From contig CT868026.1 in assembly GCA_000165425.1 (NCBI GenBank), forward strand, positions 124,001-188,000: DNA of 64,000 nt, read 5' to 3'. Source of the stretch: Paramecium tetraurelia (taxonomy: Eukaryota). The translations under genes and the position numbers were made by a program. This document shows, in pieces, positions 40,972 through 55,322 of this stretch. Within the stretch, counting starts at the first letter, position 1. The number at the start of each line of letters is the position of its first letter. Below the pieces are notes generated by a model that was given only the letters and a program-made list of their open reading frames with translations, was not told the origin of the DNA and made no database searches.

Positions 40972-43469
40972 TCATTAAATTTATACAATAATAATATGAA
41001 AAGTATTATTCAAAGCAAACATTTCAAATTATTCACAAATTCCAATTATTAAAGTTTCAATCTAACTTCTAACCGAAAGAATAATTTCCTTAAGATCGCT
41101 TCCTGCTTTCTCAAATTCAATTTACACTGCTGTTTCTACTAAGTGTTCACAATTATGCTCGATTTCTTACTCAAACTGTTGTTACGCAAGATGTTCACCT
41201 GCGAAGAACATTGAACCTTTTTGAGTCCCTTTGCCTAATCCAATTTCTTGAATTGCTAAGTGAGTGATTAATCAAATAGCGTCTTCGTACTCTTTAGATC
41301 CAATTAGGATTCCTGATCTTACAATGTATTCAACTACCTAAAGTTTTGAGAATCAAATTAGAATTAAGAATGTTAACTTGATGAATTGAATGATTGTTGA
41401 GTGTTCAATTTTGAAGATATGTTTTATTTTGAGATTCTCTGAGGCATTTTAAAAGACTCCTATTGCGAAGATTCACTAATAAGAGATGCCCTTCTATTTT
41501 TTAAAGGAGTAATTTTACTTTCTGGTCGAGTCAATGAAGATCCCACTTGAATAGGAGGAGATGTCATCCTTATGCTTGATTTTTTTTTAGCAGGAACAAT
41601 TGCAATTGACTTTGAAGTCTCAGTGTTCTCCTTTTGCTTAGTAATCATATTAACCAAGGTTTCTAGATCTTATTTTGCCTATTCAATATTTCTTTTGGCC
41701 GAACTCCTTTCAGTGAGCAAAGGGTCTCTAGCAGTTCTCTTATTTGGTGATTGATTGCTTGATTAGAGCACTTAATCCCTTTTGTTTGACAATCTATTCG
41801 TAGTCTTGGGATCCTACTCATTGTCATAAGATTGAATGGTATCCAAGGTATTTTTCTTGTATTTATTGGATTTGTCAAATGGTTGTAATTGCAAAGGGAG
41901 ATCCTTCTTGACGGAAGAGTCATCATCTAAAATATCAACAAAACTATCCTATTATTAGATGAATCCACTGTTATTCTGGAAATCTATGCCAGATTATGCT
42001 GACATACTGTCAAACCTCTTATTTGATCTTGATGTTCTATTGTTTTATTTAGATTTCCTTTTATTGTTCAGAGTATCGTTGTTAGTGAATTAATTATCAT
42101 TTTAAAAGGTTGGCAATGAATCTTAAAGTTCTTATTTGTTTTGGATGAGTAATAATTAATCAATAGGTTTTTCTGGTTTATTTACATGAATCTTATTCAG
42201 TAGATTATCCAATTTGATTGGAGTTGGATTTTGAGGTAGGTCTTCAACTTCTATTTGATGTAATTGAATAAGACTCTACTATCTATTCCGATCTTTTTTA
42301 TCTTTATCAACTGATACCGAAACTGGAGCTGGTTTCTCAAAATTCAAACTCTCTCTTATGGTTGCTAGTTTCTATGCTAAGGTCAAGGTCAATCCCTCAT
42401 TTGAAGGTTCTGTGTATGGTTACTTATCAATTGTGGTAGATCTCCGAGAATCCAAGATTTTCTTTTTGCAATCCCAATCATCAAACAGAGATTACTTCAT
42501 TACGAGGATACTGCTGCTTTTATTATGAACTTGATTGGTCTTGTCAGTCAAATTGAGACTGGTGTCAAGAATCTTATTTTCCTTGATCAATGCAAATGAA
42601 CAGAAGGAGTACTCTGATTGAAGAATAGAAATGTTTTGAAATTGTCTCTGCTTGCATTTGAATTCCACATCATTGCAATAATGCATTTTTTAAAAGATCT
42701 ACTGATTGGTGAAGAATTGATGGGATTGAATTTCCTCTATGGAATATTGTAGGATTGTGTGATTATTTTGAATAGCAAAGATGTACTTCTCAGTGCAGAA
42801 GATGTCTTTGATATCTTTGATTTTAATTCGGATCATCTTCTGATTGAATAGGTAGAATTCTCCACTTTCCGTTATGGCCACTCCACCAAAAGAGAACAAT
42901 AGGGATTTCTTAAAGTACGTATCCAATTTCAATCCATTCAGTTATGGAATCTGGACTGTCTTATCAGCCACAACATTGAAGATCTTGCCACCAATTGTGA
43001 TGAGAGTGAGTCGATCCTGGTAAGAGGAAATGTGTTTGCAATGACTATAAATTTGCTTATTGGTTTTTCCATATGAAACCTCTGTGAGATTGATCGATTG
43101 CTGCAATGGGCGAGATCCACTTATAATGATTTCCACTTTTGAGCAGACGAGGTGGCTATTCGATTTGATAGATGTCTCCATTTTCTAAACTTGTTATATA
43201 AGGCTTATTACATAATAAGGAGTATATCAGTTTACCATCTGTGCAAATCATTGAAACTTCAGCCTACACGATGACACTATCTGAACAGTTGTTATCAATG
43301 AAACTCACCTTACGAAGGAGAGAATTCTCTAACTTATACTAACGCAGTACCTATATAGTATATGAATTTGCCTATTCGTAAGGCTTGGCTAAATTGAAAT
43401 TGGAGATAGTGCAAATTCTAACTTAGTAATGTGTATAAATACCTCGATGTCTTCGAAAATAACAGACAT
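40972..43469 (-). CDS. Hypothetical protein with beta-rich N-terminus and long Ser/Lys/Gln-rich C-terminal half
   Basis: MSVIFEDIE start followed by a tiny intron; long code-6 frame including GGVAITESGEFYLF; 3' end approximate (40972-41010). Confidence 0.6.
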
Positions 43470-44407
43470 ATTAATTCGTTAATATATATTAATTATAATT
43501 AGTTTTGATGATTTATAATCACAGATGGACGAATCCTTTATGAATATTGATCTGCCCTTACCCTTTCTACTGGCTTAATCATTCCTGCCCTCGAATTGAT
43601 ATCTCGTCATGCTAACGGAATCCTATTAATATGTAGACCTTAAAGTTACTCTTTACTTGATCTTCCAAGAACTATTTTAAGATTCTATTTTTTTAATTGT
43701 AATAATCATAGGATTTTCAGTTAATCAAATGAGAACTATTAATCTCTAATTATTGTCACTAATTGTAATAATAATCATAAAGACATAGTATATGTTTAAA
43801 TACACACTTAATACTGCTTATGATTTAATTTAATTTTCTATGTACTTACTACTCCTATAATAGAAAATTATTGACTAATATAAACTTTCTAGCATGAATA
43901 TAGAATTTAAGAGAATTAATTGAAAAACTTTTTGTAAAATTGTTATTAATACATCATAATCCCAATTAAATGTTGTTTACTATCACTAATTTGAGGTTGA
44001 GGTTGAGATTGGTATAACTTAAAATATATACAATAATCTCATTTACAACTTTAACTGATCAATAAATGACTATTAGCATCAAAGTCTTTCAAATATGGTG
44101 ATAATTTTTCCAGTTTAAGCAATACTTATTAAACCTTAATAGTTAAACCATATATTATCATTTACAACCAATTATTTATATTCAAACCTACACTTATACA
44201 ACATTAATTATTTTAATTTTGGTCCTCCTTCTAAGATGAAAATTTCTATTTATTAGATATCAAAAAGATGCCTAGCCTAGTGTTTTAAATCTAAAATATG
44301 ACTACTTTTAAACAAGGGTCATTTCAATTATTCAATAGTTATGTAGAAATTTAACTATAATGAATTACTTAATTTTTATCATTATATTTTACATTAATTT
44401 AAATATT

Positions 44408-46095
44408 ATGAGTACATACAATCGATATTATTGTACATCTTGTTATAGTGTTTGGGATGAAAATTAATGCGTACCTAAAATTCTGGATTGCGGACACTCC
44501 TTTTGTCTAAAATGTCTGAAACGTCTCTTGTAGAACGATCAAATAATCTGTCCAGAAGATATGTAAACAATATTGTCAGTATTCCTAGGAAATGCATAAA
44601 GATTAACTCACTGAATTAATTACGTACCAATGAAGAATTGTTACATCCCCAACCGCAACGTTCAGAGAGAATTCTGCCATCAACTCATTCATCGCAATAA
44701 GACATCTCCGTGACTAAATCAGAGACTGTAACACAATCTACCACTCGCTTATTTATCAATGTTCCTGACAATTCAGTTTCCATTCGAAAACCACAACAAG
44801 TTTACAAAAAAGAATAAATCCCATGGACTAGAGAACAATTATAACAGTGTCATCAATAACTACAAGAATATCACCAATAATTTGAATTGAACTAGTAAAC
44901 CAATTTTAATGAGACATTTAGAATGATCATTCAATAGAAACGCACTTTGATTGAGCAAATATAATAGAAGTTTTCAGATTTTCAAATTAAACTCAAAAAT
45001 ATTGAAAGCCAACTCTTATACGAACTAAATATAGTAGCCTTGAAATTGGAAGATGACATTCGATAAAAGCATATCTCCATAGACAAAAAGTCAATTGCTG
45101 AAATCCAATCAACCAAAGAAAGGTACCACTATATTTTACATCTAGTTAGAATTGAGTAGTTGCTCCTCTTGTCCAATGAGAAACTCAACGCTCAAGTCGA
45201 TTTGGTCAATACCCTAACACAATAAACTGAACAGCTCATCACTAGCTTATCCAAACAGGAGACCCTCATGGTTCACGACCTTATCAACAAGGAAATGCAG
45301 ATTTAGTTCGATCTTACTGTCTATGATTATTTGCCCCAATTTTGCACTATCAAGAAATACGAGAATAATAATAACAGAAACCAATTGTAAAATAAGAGCT
45401 AGACTAGAGTCAAAACACTAAATGATTCTAATTCTAATAATTGCACCAATAAATCTAACTAATCCCTATCATTTACCAGTAGCAGTCCCAAACCCAAAGT
45501 ACGTGACAACTCCTCTTCAAAACCATTTCAATACTCCAAAAATGCTCATCACATAGAAGAATCCCCATCATAAAGATAGAATCCAAGGGAATTAACTTTT
45601 GGACCTTCAGTGCAACTAAGGAGATCTCATGATTCCAGAAATGCTTCACCTAATAACAAACTTTATGAAGCCACAGGCATCGATCGACTTGAGGAACTCT
45701 TATTTAAGGGATTGCCTATTGAGAAACTGGACTTGACCAATCAAAGTACTTATTCTATATTTTATTTAGATTTAAATGATCAAGATGTGCAGGAACTTAT
45801 AAAACTGGTTCAGTAATCCACCTCATAAATAGAAATACTTAAATTAGGTAAGAACAGGATTAGCGATATTGGTTTCGATAAGTTACTCACTCTTCTACTA
45901 AAAAGGAGTGACATACACACTCTCAATCTATCAAATAATGATTGCACTGTAAAATCAATAGATATGATCGAAAGAAGAATACAAAAACTATATGGAAAGA
46001 CTATCTATCTCTCTAATTGCAAGCTCAACAACCTCACCCAATTGAAAAAGAAATAGACTCTATTTCAAAATAAAGGCGTTACTTTGTTTCTGTGA
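44408..46095 (+). CDS. RING-finger (C3HC4-like) + coiled-coil + C-terminal LRR protein, putative E3 ligase
   Basis: CTSC...PKILDCGHSFCLKC...ICPED; Gln-rich coiled coil; LKLGKNRISDIG, LNLSNND; TGA at 46093-46095. Confidence 0.85.
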
Positions 46096-46670
46096 TTTAT
46101 ATTTTATAATTTAGAAATTAACATCCCATTTTATTTTTCAATAATCTAAAATATATATTGATAATCTTTTAGACTTTGATCTTGAGAATAGTCATAACCT
46201 TAAATAAAACTAAGAGATTTTAAGATAAGAATATAAAAGTTCAATAAGTAATTGATAATAATATACAATTAAATTTTGAAGAATAAGTATTTATGCAAAA
46301 AAGAGAATATACATGATGGATAATATAACCATAACGAGTTAATGACATTCTTTGAATTATTTTATTTCAATATAATTAAGATGAATAAAATAAACTAGAT
46401 AAAAATTATTTATAATCAATTAAATACACTATGGATGCAAGACATAATAAATAATTATTCATTAATATCAATATCAATATCTCCATTTAAAAATGAATAT
46501 AAAAACTATTTTAATTAAGAAGAAGTTTTCCATATAGGTTCATCTACATAAACATTAGATTTAGGCATCAGAATAACACTAAAATAAAGATTATAAAGAA
46601 TTAAATGATTTTTTGCGTCACTGAGATGTTTAACTTATTTTAATTTTGGTTTTGATATAGTTTATGTTAT

Positions 46671-47546
46671 TCAGAAATTGAGTTTGCGATTTAAGGAGTA
46701 TTAAGATGTATCTTATTGTTTAGTCAATGTATTTGAACTACAATTAAGACATCCATCACATTTGCAATTATCGGAACATTCTATTCCCATTTAATAGCAT
46801 TCACAATATTTCTTTTGGCATCCACTTTTTCTGCAATTGCATCCCTAAATTCAATGTTGAATGAAATTACCTTTGCGTGTGTCATTTTAGATTCGACTTC
46901 CTAAACTTTTTAATTGAAAGCTTAAGGATTCCTTTCAATCATCTTTTGGATAAAGGAGTTTCGTTCAAGTAGATTAGAACTATTGTTAAAGCATCCACAA
47001 CAATTGCATTTTGAGGAGCATAGTTTTCCAACAGCAAAGCAATCACAATACAATTTCAAACATTTACTCTTCCTACAATTACAAGGTTTATGTTCTTGAT
47101 TCCTATTATAAAATAATAAACAAATAAAATAAATTAGGTTGTAATATTTCGAATATGATATTTAAATTTAAATTATAATATTGTGTATGAGGTTGTAGAT
47201 GTATGGAGTAATAATACATACCCTTATTTTTGATCGAGGGTGATAGATTTAAATTAGCTTATGGGTAATTGAGTGAAATTCTGAATTGCTAATTATGATT
47301 GAAACTTCTAGAATGATTTCTATTCTGAATTATTGAATGAGATTTATTTGGTTTATGGAGTTCTAACATAAAGCAAATGAGTTCTTACTAGAAATTGCTT
47401 TTAATAACAATTTGAGGTATTGTCAATTCATTACTCAAGAATATTTTCTTAATTGGTTGGGTCAAAAAATTTAGATTCTCATTGGTTTCTTAGTCATTGA
47501 AGATGGTATCGCATCCAGGATTTATCATTTGCAAACGTGTAAACAT
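46671..47546 (-). CDS. Tesmin/TSO1-like double CXC (CRC) domain protein, LIN54 family
   Basis: [22 protein letters not shown]...RNPQAF...[17 protein letters not shown]. Confidence 0.9.
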
Positions 47547-47613
47547 ATTTAAAATTAAATCAAAAATTGAAACATAATTACATAAAAATGTTAGTTAGTA
47601 TTATTAAGAGGGT

Positions 47614-49173
47614 TCAATCCATTTATTTTTATAACCTGAGAATCTTTTCGTAAAGCTAATTGTGTTTCATGTCAGCCAATTTGGCATGCTCTCTCTGTAT
47701 GTTTGAAATAGTGTTAATTCGACCGAATTTCTATTCAAAATTGTCCAATTACGAATTAATCTGATGCTTTTGAGGCATGAATTACATAAACAAATTATCG
47801 TGATTGATCTATATTGGACATAATCTGAATTCTTACTTCTTTGCATTTGATATTCTTTAGAGCAGCCTTGAAATCAAAGCCTTTATCATATATTTGCTTC
47901 TTCTTCCCCTCATGTAATATTTTCTGAGACAACGCCTCTTACACCTTTATACAAAAACAGTACAGTTGTTTAACGTATTCATATTCAACCTGTATCTTGT
48001 AATATGATTTAGCCTCACTCAATAATGATTCATAATTTAAACTATAATGCTTTTCAAACAACTATTGAATTAAATAAAAATCCGATTAATGGAAATTCTA
48101 ATTCGAAAGTATCTTCTCGATCTGATGATACAACTCCTAACATTCCTTTGGTTGTTTAATTACAAACTTAACTGCTGAATTCGTAACTATATCCACCAAA
48201 TCAGACTAATTGAACAAGATGTAAAATAATTGAAATGGAAATGTAAGATTTCGGAACTTTTGACATTCAATATCTTCGAATAATAGTTTCTCCAAACTTT
48301 AAGGAATAAAGGGCTTAAGAGTCTTTAGTAAGTACTTTGGAGTTTTAAACATTTATTCCAATCCCTAAGTTAGAGATACATTTTACATCTATATTCAATG
48401 GCAAATTGGTTAGATTATAAGTTAGATTCATGAATCCCACAAATTATTAAACATTGCTCAATAGATTCTCCAATTTGTTTTCTTTACGAAAGATTTGAAT
48501 CATATAATCAAATGCCAGTACCAATTTGAAACTGTATTGCTTAGATTCTGCTTATCTAGTATATTTAGCAACTATACTTTTTGTCTTTTAATTCCTTTTA
48601 GCTTTCTCTTCTGAATGATGATTGGGTCGTGTATTTCAGACCCTTTTCCAAAGAGACCTCAGAATTCAAGGTCTCTGCATGCACTAAAAGTTGAGATCTT
48701 GTGAGTTTTGATCTGACAACCCTCTCGTCCTTTTTAGGTTCTTTAGAAAAGAGAGCCTGAAGGAATTGCTAGTCATGATCAAAACTATTCATATGGGAAT
48801 GAGTCTTAAAGTTTTTTAATTGAATATTTTCACAAGATGCGTGTATTTTTTTAAATGGTACTTTAATAACTTTTATCTAAGAAGAATATAGGCCTCCTGA
48901 AGAGTCTTGCTGCTGGGATTCTTTTTAGATAAGAAAGGTTCTTCTTTTATGAAGCTTCTCTGTTCCATTTTAATCTGAACTGTATTCTGTAATATTTTTT
49001 AAACCACTCATTTGTGATCTTAGATTGGGCTATGACGAATTCTTCGTAATCTGTTTAATAATAGTTCTCTTTTCACTCTAAGGTCCGATGCTATTGTTGG
49101 TTTAAACAACAAATTAGTATTCCTTGCTTTTTTCAATAATGTCTTCTCCATAATAAAATTTTTATGCATTCAT
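47614..49173 (-). CDS. Hypothetical basic protein
   Basis: Long code-6 frame MNAQKFYYGEDIIEK...KILRLQKQMD-TGA. Confidence 0.65.
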
Positions 49174-49203
49174 ATTTATTATTAAAATATATATGTTAAA
49201 ATA

Positions 49204-51144
49204 TCAATCTATTTTGTTCAGAACATTCAAGAATTCCTTATTATCCTCTAACAAGCATATCAAATCTTGTATTTTGTAATTGAACTTCTTCATGATTTCT
49301 TTAGTGATTTTACTAGCTACATTCTCGCCCACTTATTATTCTTTAATGATGTGTTGCTTCATTAGAAATTTTATGATATTGATCTTCTAATCATCTTTTA
49401 AGGAATAAAATGTTTCAAAATTATTCATAATAGCATCTACAGTCTAATAATTTTTTATGACTTCTTAATGCAAATCCAAAATAATGATGTTTTCAGCTTC
49501 TTCAATTTCCAAAGTAAATTTCACAGGATTTTTGTAAAGATCAAATATTTCTTCGACTTTCTGATGCTTATTAATTATCAAACCTAAAATATACAATCAT
49601 CATCATACATGATATTCGTTTTTGATCTACCAAATTTAAATGAGATTAATTAGCCACAATTTAATAAATTAATTACTACACTATATACTTTTAGTCAAGC
49701 AAACTCAGCTATTAAAAATTCTGCAACTCATCTATCACCTAATCAAAGCTTTTAAAGTATTCTTTGCTTTTCAACTCAGTATTTTTTGTTACAACTGTTT
49801 AGACTTCCTTTTTTCGAAACACCTCTTCGTATAATTCAGTCAATATCTTTTCATATTCATTATGCTTATAGTGAAGCTTTTGAATTTTTATTGGAGAATC
49901 TGAAATATTAAATCTTGACAATTAACAGCTCTATGTTCTGTTTTCATGTTCCTACAAGATTACTTCAGCATCATAAGAGGTGAGAGCCAATGCAAAACAT
50001 ACTTTGTTCTTATCCTTAAGTTTTTAATCTGAATCATTTCTAAACAATAATGACTTCAATAAGCCAAACTAATGAAGATATTCTCTCATTTATTCAATTG
50101 TAACCGAATTTTTCAAATTTGAAATTACTAATATTCTATCATCATAATAATCTTGACTATTGAAATGGTATCTGCAACTGAATTAAGTGAAGTTCCCATT
50201 AAAATATCCTTGGGATGCTCTTTATTTGAATTATTCATTTGATCCATTTTCTTATTTGTAAAACTATTAAAACGTTTGATATAAAGATGAATCAATTGAA
50301 AAGTTGTGAAATATTTTTGGTATTTAATCGAAATCGTGTTGAAAGCAAGGATGTCCCTTAATTTAATCTGCCAATTTCATAAATTTGATGGTGTCACTCA
50401 ATGTTGGAAGTACCAATATTATATAAGGTTAATCATTTTTCATTTTAACAAAACAATTTTTCATTTACAATTTTCTTGAATTGAAATAGTTGACTATTAA
50501 TAATTCCCAAGTCAACTCAATTAATCTCTAAATCCCTACAATATTCAATTCTGTCTAATTCAACTTTCTGCAAAATCCTTGGATAATCATTTATGTTGAA
50601 GCTCTTGGTTGAGTTTTATCTTTAAAAGGTTAGATGATTAGAATTTTTCCATTGACCTTCAATGGCTATCTTAAATAGATTTCCATCAAATCTATGGTTG
50701 TCTAAGGATGCTTGTATTCCACAAAGCCAGAACTAATTGTTAGACACTATCTTACAATTAAGGTTTATGATTTAGATGATTCTATTTCTTTATTTTACAA
50801 TTGAATACTGGTCCAAATTATTCAAAAAAGATTGACAATTATTCTTAGGTGATATCTGATGGAATGTTATTTACGATTAAATAAGTTGTTTTAAACTCAT
50901 CTTAAGTTTAATCATCAGGAAGTGAAATCTTTAGGATACTATTATTAATTTTAAATTCTTTCTGTTCAAGTACAATTTATTATGCTGATATCGGATCTGC
51001 GTATTCAATTATGGAGCTTTAAGACTCATAATATTCCTTATTAATCGTTATTTCAAGTATTTTGCCATATATTTAAAATGTTTCAAACAGAATTTCTTCA
51101 TTTACATCCTTAAATAATATGATGACTTACAAATGGGAGTCCAT
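49204..51144 (-). CDS. Multi-RRM protein with degenerate MLLE/PABC-like C-terminus (divergent PABP-like)
   Basis: RRM-like DVNEEILFETFQIYGKILEI..., further RRM-like units, C-terminal VGENVASKITKEIM; 5' end could extend upstream. Confidence 0.6.
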
Positions 51145-51720
51145 GTATGGTAATCATTACAAAGAAGTATGTGATAATTTTACGACAAAATAATATATGG
51201 ATTATTTATTCTATTCAAATTGTCCTTCTTTTTATTTTCCTAGAATATAATTGTTGAAAAATATAAATTATATGTATCATCTAATTAATCAATAAATAGA
51301 CTGATAGATCCTATTTTGATTTTAATAAAATGCAATTTTTGACCAATCTTTACACAATGCAAATTTATTAAGTGAAATAGAGTTATTTCCTTTTTAATAA
51401 TAAGAACTATTATCCTTAAAATGAAACTTTCATTTTCCCCTACCATCTATACTTCCAATTTGTAATAGTAATTATTTTATAATATCATTATTAAGTGATG
51501 ATCTTTAATTGCTCAAGACACATCGAATGCTTTCGGTTTAATTGCAATTAAAATTTGAAAAAAAAATTTCTAATTATTTGATCAATATAATAACTATAAC
51601 GATAAGTTCTCTTATGATAGGGAACATATATGCCTTATAGGAATATTTTAGAATAAAATTGATAGAATTAGCCATCAGAAATCGTCAGAAAGGAGTATTC
51701 ATAATTAATTAATTGTAAAA

Positions 51721-54501
51721 ATGTTTGATTAAAAAATTTCAATGAACGAAGCTTAATTCTATGCTCCTTTAATCTAATAAAATTATGAAATGAAAAAAAA
51801 ATGTTTAAGGGAAATTATAAATCCAAAATAACTGATTGTCTGTTTTGAATAAAATTAAAAAAAGATAATACCATTAAGAAGTGTCAAATATCATCTAAAA
51901 ATATATAATGGTCTTTAAATAGTTCAATTAGAATAAATATTTTTAACAGACGCCTTTAATTAGCCATTAGACCTAGAATATGTATTTTCTATCCACGAGA
52001 ACGCAGCTGTCACTAAAATGAAAGTTGAATTAGGAGATTAAATAGTTTATGGAATAGTGAAGGAAAAAGAAGAAGCAAAGTAAGAATTTGAAGAAGGAAT
52101 TAAACAAGGAAAAACTATGGCTTATAGCGAAGAAGATGAATAATTCCCATAGATAAAAAGACTCAAAATAGGATAACTTGCTCCAAATAAATAATTAAGA
52201 GTGATTTTTGAATATATACAACCCTTGGAGGTGTATTTGAACAAATTTTGGAAAATTGATGTATCTCCAATTATGGATGAAAATTATTAAAAAAATTAAT
52301 CTGATACTCAAATATGGTTTTATAAAATTGTTAGCTAATATAAAATGGTATGTTTTAATTGAAAGACTTTACATTTGAGTACCAATAAGACATTGAGATC
52401 GAGTTCGACACTGGATCACCTATCACTTTTTGGAAATCTCCAACACATTAATTGCATTCTACAAATGCCAAAGATATTGAAGGTATAAAACAAGAGAATG
52501 GCAAAAGATTAGTTCTTAAATTAGATGATGATAATCCTGAAAACTTTAAACCCTTAAAGAAATTTACTCTATTGTTTTCATCCAATGATATCAATTTACC
52601 GAGAGCAATACTGAGTCATACAAATAATGATGCTTTATAGGTTTAGAAATATTGTGCCACATTAACTTTCCATTCCGCAATTTAATTAGATGACATTAGA
52701 TGATGCTTATTCTTAATATCTGGATAGCATAAACTTGCCAGAGAAATAAAACATTAATAGAGGGAATTATTTATTCTTTATTGATAGAAGTGGATCCATG
52801 GATGGATCTAGAATATAAAAGGCAAAACAATCATTAATTCTATTTCTTAAAAGTTTGCCTTAAAACTCTTTATTTAATATTGTCTCATTTGGTACAATGT
52901 ATATTTCCCTTTGGGATGAATCAAGAAAATATACTTAAAATAATTTAAAAGAAGCCATTTTACATGTGAATAGCATGAAGGCAGACATGGAAGGAACCAA
53001 TATTTACAAACCTTTACAAAATAAGATATATAATAGTAGTTATGGACGTTCAAAGGACACAACTTTAAATGTATTCTTACTTACAGATGGAGAAGATTAT
53101 GCAGATCCAATCATTGAACTTGTTAAAAATAATAATCGGGCAGAAACTAGGATATATACATTAGGAATTGGAGAAGGTTGCAGTATTTATTTAATAAAAA
53201 GAGTTGCTGAGGTAGGAAATGGAAAGTTTCACATAGTAGGAGATAATGAAGATATTAATGAAAAGGTAATTGACTTATTGGAGGATTCATTGACTCCATA
53301 TCTCTAAAATTTTAAATTAGAAACTAATGTAAAAGAAGTCTATTCAATCATTCCAAATCCTGAATCAATAGTTAGTCTAAAGAAAAATTAAGAACTCACT
53401 ATTTAGATTCTATTTTCCAATGAATAAGAATTAGAAAACATTGAATTTAGTATGCATTGCTATAATCCATAAGATAAATAGCCTATAAAATATTCTGTCA
53501 ATTTGAATTTAAATTAATCACAAGACAATGAATATTTTCATAAATTAGCCGCCCATAAGTTCATCACATATTACGATAACGCAATAAAATATGGTGAATA
53601 ACAAGTTAATTTTATTAAATTAAATAAATAATTTCTAAAAGATGAGGATATTGTGAGTCTATCAATAGAAAATCAAATATTGAGTAATAAAACAGCGTTT
53701 GTTTGTGAAGTATGCGTATTAGAAGATCAGTTTAAATAATAAGATAGATCTAAAGTCAAAATAATAAAAATACATCCTGTAGTAAATCGTTATACAGAAG
53801 AGACTCAATAACAGAGGATGAGTTTGAATAATCCTCCTTTATACTGTAAAAAACTCCCATTTCAATAATAGAAACTAAAATCAATCTAATAATTCAATTA
53901 ATTGAAACTACCATTTTTAAAATAATTTGTTAGAAAAGATTAAAAGTAAACACCATAGTTAGGATTAATGGGTAAAAATTATCAAAAGTAGGAACCAATG
54001 TTAGAATGCTTTGGGAATTAAATGTAAACACCATATTAAACGTCAGCACAAAGGGCAAACATTTCATTTCCAATCGAATTGTTGGGAATACAAATTTCTT
54101 AATCTATTAATATGTCACAATCATCCTTGCCACAAATTGCACTACCCAAATAAAATCAGAAATCATTAGAAAATTAATCAAATTAGTAATTGTTATTGAT
54201 TAGTCAGGACAAAAATAATGATCCTACATATGAAAATTTGATGAATTTTGCCCAGGTAGATGGAAGATTTAAGATTAATAAAGACATTTAAATGAAGGTC
54301 AACTATTTAAATTTAAGCAATTAACAAGGCCTTAAAGCTGACGTATGGAATACTCTTTTAATATTACTCTATTTAGAAAATTTTTGTAGGCAATTTAAGA
54401 AATCATGGTAATTAATATATTTAAAAGGAGTCTAATATTTACTTTAGAACGGCATAAATTATAAATAAAAGAAACAGGAATTAGGTTATCCTTATACATG
54501 A
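51721..54501 (+). pseudogene. VIT + von Willebrand A domain protein (VWA5A-like) with two frameshifts
   Basis: VIT-like PLDLEYVF...VKEKEEAKQEFEE; MIDAS FIDRSGSM, GTNI, LLTDGE, TLGIG; segment ~52350-52670 is out of frame with both flanks (TGA at 52360). Confidence 0.75.
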
Positions 54502-55322
54502 ATTAAATTAAGTATTATTATTTAAAACGCATTGAATATATAAATAATAAATATTATATTTTTATGACTTATGACCTTGATAAAAAAGTAGTTTAAGCAA
54601 GGTTACTATTTCAAGATAGATTAATAATTAAAAAGAATTTCAGAATCAATTCGTTTAAAAATGAGCCTTGATTTTCAGAATATCAGTTAGTTCAATAAAA
54701 AGGACTAACGTTTGAATTACTTAAAGGAGGCAAAAGGATACAGAAATCTATCTATAATTTAATAATGATGTAATTTTACTAATCCATCTAATTAATATTA
54801 TGTAGAGTAAACTAAACTTTGAACTTAAGATAAAAACAAACTACTATTGAGATTTTTAATTTTGAGCTCTATATTATTGACTAAATAAAAAGGAATTTTT
54901 TTTGTTTTTAAATTATGTTATTACATTGATATTGCATCTAATTTTTGAATAATTATATTATAAGTGAATTTAAAGGTTTATATGGCAACTTGAGATTTAA
55001 AAAATCAGTAATATTTAGTTAAGGGAATTTATCCAATTTTATGCGCTTTTAAACTGAATAAATTGTAGATTTTTTGTTATTTACCTTAGTTTAATAGAGT
55101 GCTTAATTAATAGACATTTATCATTTAAAAAATTTAATATTATAAAAACTGTTTCAGAATTTAATTATTATAATATACATGAAATATAATCAATCATTTT
55201 ATATATTTAAAAGATAATATTCTCTTTAAAAGATAAACCAATTATAGATATTCTTGATTAATCAATATTGTGATTATTTTCATTTCAATGATAGTTATTA
55301 AATTATTATTATTTAATCGATT

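Noticed and set aside
43500..44380. Possible minus-strand gene between the 43469 gene and the RING gene
   Set aside because: Only fragmentary frames with no recognisable motif; no supported gene model could be built.
52321..52365. Retained TA-bounded internal eliminated sequence (IES)
   Set aside because: No convincing TAYAG-like inverted ends, and no excision I could find that cleanly restores the frame.
15955..52700. Euplotes-like programmed ribosomal frameshifting to explain the frame breaks
   Set aside because: The breaks share no AAA-stop motif, have mixed signs, mostly fall in short homopolymers, and the code here is not the Euplotes code.
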